Notes under the pieces: model-generated | The model's input: only the letters and a program-made list of their open reading frames with translations | The model's database searches: none | Told to the model about the DNA's origin: nothing | Made by a program: the position numbers and the translations under genes | Shown: in pieces, positions 62,580 through 64,000 of the stretch | How the letters are laid out: every line of letters starts with the position of its first letter | Position numbering within the stretch: position 1 is the first letter of the stretch | Origin: Candidatus Saccharimonadota bacterium | Lineage (GTDB): Bacteria > Patescibacteriota > Saccharimonadia > Saccharimonadales > JACOTW01 | Assembly: GCA_016178135.1 (NCBI GenBank) | Contig: JACOTW010000012.1 | Location: forward strand, 1,064 to 65,063 | Direction: 5' to 3' | Length of the DNA stretch: 64,000 nucleotides

Positions 62580-62700
62580 AATCAATCTCCTGGTTGTGAT
62601 GTAATATCTCTACAAACTTATTGAGAAGTATTGTAGCGACTTTTAGTCATCACGATTAGTTTATGGCTTTATTTTACACCATTCTTAGAACTAAGAGAAG

Positions 62701-63882
62701 CTATTTATTGATCTTTGTTACTACACCAGCACCGACTGTGCGACCGCCTTCGCGGATAGCAAAGCGTAGACCTTGCTCCATGGCAATCGGTTGTAGCAAC
62801 TTAACTTTAAAAGTTACAGTGTCGCCCGGCATAACCATTTCTTTGCCTTCTGGTAGCTCAACTTCACCAGTAACGTCGGTTGTGCGGAAGTAAAACTGTG
62901 GTTTGTAGCCTTTGAAGAATGGCGTATGACGACCACCTTCTTCTTTGGTTAAGATATAAACTTCAGCATCAAATTCAGTATGCGGAGTAATTGTACCTGG
63001 CTTAGACAAAACTTGCCCGCGTTCAATATCATCGCGTTCAATACCACGAAGTAAGATACCGGCATTGTCGCCAGCCTGACCTTGGTCAAGGCTCTTTTTG
63101 AACATTTCAATACCCGTTACGACGGATTTTTGAGTAGCACGAACACCTACAATTTCAACCTCATCATTAACCTTAACTACGCCTTGCTCAATACGTCCAG
63201 TCGCAACAGTACCACGACCCTTGATAGAGAATACATCTTCTATGGCCATCATGAACGGCTTGTCGAGATCTCTTTTTGGTTCTTCAACGTAATCATCCAT
63301 AGCTTTTACGAGCTCCATGATTGCGTCCTCATTGGCTGCATCGCCTTCAAGGGCCTTTGTAGCGGAGCCCTTGATGATTGGAGCGTCTTCGTCAAAGTCA
63401 TTCTTGGCAAGAAGTTCACGAATATCCATTTCGACTAGCTCAACTAACTCTGGGTCAGCAAGATCCATTTTATTCATGAAAACAAGTATCTTGGGTACAC
63501 CCACTTGCTTAGCAAGCAATACGTGTTCACGGGTTTGAGGCATAGGGCCGTCAGCTGCTGACACCACCAAAATAGCGCCATCGATCTGAGCGGCACCGGT
63601 AATCATGTTCTTGATATAATCGGCGTGACCAGGCATGTCAACATGCGCGTAGTGACGTTTTTCTGACTCATATTCCTGATGCGAAGTAGCGATAGTAATG
63701 CCACGAGCTTTTTCTTCTGGGGCGTTATCGATTTCATCATATTTGATTGCCTTATTTACGTCGCTTGGAAGTTTTTTTGCAAGCACGGCCGTTATAGCCG
63801 CCGTTAATGTGGTCTTGCCGTGGTCAACATGCCCCATAGTACCAACGTTTACATGCGGCTTGCTGCGATCAAAATTTGCCAT
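62701..63882 (-). CDS. tuf: Elongation factor Tu
   Basis: [27 protein letters not shown]. Confidence 0.98.
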   Translation of the reverse strand: MANFDRSKPHVNVGTMGHVDHGKTTLTAAITAVLAKKLPSDVNKAIKYDEIDNAPEEKARGITIATSHQEYESEKRHYAHVDMPGHADYIKNMITGAAQIDGAILVVSAADGPMPQTREHVLLAKQVGVPKILVFMNKMDLADPELVELVEMDIRELLAKNDFDEDAPIIKGSATKALEGDAANEDAIMELVKAMDDYVEEPKRDLDKPFMMAIEDVFSIKGRGTVATGRIEQGVVKVNDEVEIVGVRATQKSVVTGIEMFKKSLDQGQAGDNAGILLRGIERDDIERGQVLSKPGTITPHTEFDAEVYILTKEEGGRHTPFFKGYKPQFYFRTTDVTGEVELPEGKEMVMPGDTVTFKVKLLQPIAMEQGLRFAIREGGRTVGAGVVTKINK

Positions 63883-64000
63883 AATTATACTCCTATTACT
63901 TCACTGATTAATTAAATTAATTTGGCGCAATTACAAAATAATAGCCAATGTGATTTACAGAAGCCATTGTACCGAATAACCTGTTTCTTGTAAAGTTTAT

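Overview
This 64-kb window comes from a small, streamlined bacterial chromosome, with almost all genes on the minus strand.

**Core content**
- The tuf-rpsJ...rplQ ribosomal-protein/secY/infA/rpoA superoperon occupies about 63.9 kb down to 46.3 kb.
- Other core genes are rplM-rpsI, trpS, rluD, holB, secE-nusG-(sigma70)-rplK-rplA, rplJ-rplL, dnaX, dnaB, ybaB-recR, cysS and a UvrD-like helicase.
- There is also a Tmk/ThyX-like fusion next to dcd, six tRNAs and several cell-envelope genes.
- rpmD, adk and map are absent from the operon, L36, L33 and RecR lack their zinc-binding cysteines, and there are many small hypothetical membrane proteins. This fits a Patescibacteria/CPR (Saccharibacteria-like) genome, but that is inference only.

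**Main signal: two related families of non-autonomous, long-hairpin MITE-like elements**
- Family A is about 158 bp with termini CTGGACTTACGCAAA and 4-bp TNNA target duplications.
- Family B is about 167 bp with termini TATAGCCCCCGCAAAACAAATTC and flanking TA.
- Together there are about 25 full, nested or fragmentary copies in the window.
- Copies lie between ribosomal-protein genes, next to tRNAs and nested inside each other.
- Copies also sit in frame inside housekeeping genes: the helicase, dnaX, rluD, trpS and a DHH phosphoesterase.
- The net insertion lengths are 162 and 165 bp (54 and 55 codons), and the elements are stop-free on both strands.
- No transposase is encoded in the window.

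**Second signal: a 4.4-kb accessory island at the 3' end of tRNA-Tyr**
- It is built from about 9 short co-oriented cassettes separated by degenerate direct copies of the tRNA-Tyr 3' end.
- It has no integrase and contains two frameshifted pseudogenes.

**Limits**
- All calls rest on manual translation and alignment.
- No database searches were run.
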